The notes under the pieces are model-generated. The model had not been told where the DNA came from, ran no database searches, and saw nothing but the letters and a program-made list of their open reading frames with translations. This document shows positions 62,301 to 64,000 of a DNA stretch of 64,000 nucleotides, one piece after another. The position numbers and the translations under genes were made by a program. Source of the DNA: Eledone cirrhosa (Eukaryota); contig OZ024740.1 of the NCBI GenBank assembly GCA_964016885.1, positions 248,372,001-248,436,000 of the forward strand. Reading direction: 5' to 3'. Each line of letters begins with the position of its first letter. Position 1 is the stretch's first letter.

Positions 62301-62651
62301 AAGGGAGAGAATGAGAGACATTTTTGGGGACATCCTATACATATATATGTGTAGTGTGTATGTATGTATGAATGTATGTTTAGGTGCGTATGTAAATGTA
62401 TATATGGGTGTGTATGTGTGTGTAGTTCAACATTATATAAATTCATTGAGCAGACGACATCGTCAAAATGAAAGGCAAGTGACAAAATAGACTTATGAAC
62501 TATAGCGATTACAAACAACAAATTTATTGAAATGAAGAAAAAAACAAAGATAAACATTTTTATTTTTTAGAATTTTCTTAATATTATGTCATCTTTTTTT
62601 TCCACCTGAAAACCTATACTTATCAGGGATTTCATTTCTTTTTTTGCTATT

Positions 62652-62726
<75 letters not shown>

Positions 62727-63267
62727 ATTCTCTCTTTTTATCACTCTCGCTTTTTTTTATTTCTCGTATACAGACACAAACTGACACGCGCACAAACATT
62801 AAAAGCGTCTGTTTGTCAAATCTCAACTGTATAATTAACACATTAAGATCGAGCAATCAGTGCACAGTCCTTTCCGTTAAATAGGCATTAATCTATAGAC
62901 AGGCAAACCAGCAACAGCATTAAAATACAACTCACCAACATCGCACACATTTTTTCATAAACCAACCTAAGGCATTTTGCATTATTAAATGATGCATTCA
63001 TTAATTATAAAGAATTCTTTGAATTTCGTTTGTGATATCATTATCATTTCATCTTATACGTGTGCCATATTTATCATTAGCTTACCGAATAAGATAATAC
63101 TCTCCTAGCATGTCTGATTTCAAATTTACGTTAAGCTATGATTTGAAGTAATGGCTTGCTAGCTTTTGATGTTTTGGGGTTCAATTGTTAAATTAATGGT
63201 GGCAATGTTTTTAAACTTTGGAATTTAAAGATCAAGACTCTGTTGAAATCCTAAAATACTCTACCAT

Positions 63268-63379
<112 letters not shown>

Positions 63380-63415
63380 ATAAAGAAAAAAAGATGAAAT
63401 CGAAAATGCAACTGG

Positions 63416-63928
63416 ATTTGGTTCCTTTACCGGTTTCGCAGTTCACTGAACCAGAACAATTCTCCCATCCAATTTCTCTTGACCTTTATCTTTTGCTTGT
63501 CATAAAATTCTCTAAAAAGGCTACAGAATAGATTTCGAAATAAGGGCGCGAAAATTTAATGAAAACTTGTTCACGTGACAGCCATAATTTCATTTATAAC
63601 CAATCAAATTACGTTTTTTAAAAAAAAAAACCTTCGTGAGCCCCTTTTTTTTAAGTAAAAAGAAATTCAAACACTCATATATGAAAAAACAACCTCTGAC
63701 CCCCCCCCCCCTTGTTTGAAGAACTTTGTAACGCGAACTGGCGCGAAATTTATTATAATTATTGACCAACCAATCAAATTACTTCTCTAAAAACCTGGCA
63801 TTTCGAGCAACTTTTTCCATAAAAAACAAGTAACATTCAGAGACCAACCAGATGTGAGAAAAACCACAGACCCTTCATCTCAACTCTACTTTTGAAAAAC
63901 AGAAGAACTGCGAAACCGGTAAACGAAC

Positions 63929-63933
<5 letters not shown>
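63416..63933. mobile_element. MITE-like element with ~29 bp TIRs
   Basis: atttggttcctttaccggtttcgcagttc / gaactgcgaaaccggtaaacgaaccaaat, with an internal duplicated motif (ggcgcgaaa...accaatcaaattac). Confidence 0.75.
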
Positions 63934-63969
<36 letters not shown>

Positions 63970-64000
63970 TAGTGTATTTTAGGATCTTTAAATTCGAAAG

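Overview
AT-rich eukaryotic genomic DNA made almost entirely of repeats, most consistent with an octopus/cephalopod genome (inferred from the SINE and RTE types and the large (TA)n arrays). No host protein-coding gene is supported. Contents: (1) a ~10 kb decayed Helitron (66-10086; HUH Rep, PIF1 helicase and a C-terminal USP/C19-like protease) and a related non-autonomous copy on the minus strand (24330-~27780); (2) non-LTR retrotransposons: two R4/Dong-like RLE elements, one RTE, Tx1-like 3' tails and tRNA-derived SINEs; (3) a dense cluster of Penelope-like elements (RT + C-terminal GIY-YIG) and non-coding derivatives, mostly fold-back structures sitting in (TA)n with hammerhead ribozymes near their 3' ends; (4) MITEs, microsatellites and a 200-N gap. 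The three main observations are a conserved structured one-sided extension (hairpin...AGCACTC...GAGTA) shared by otherwise dissimilar fold-back elements, Helitron terminal inverted repeats whose two arms co-vary within each copy, and a deubiquitinase-like domain downstream of the Helitron helicase. All alignments were made by eye and coordinates are approximate to a few bases.
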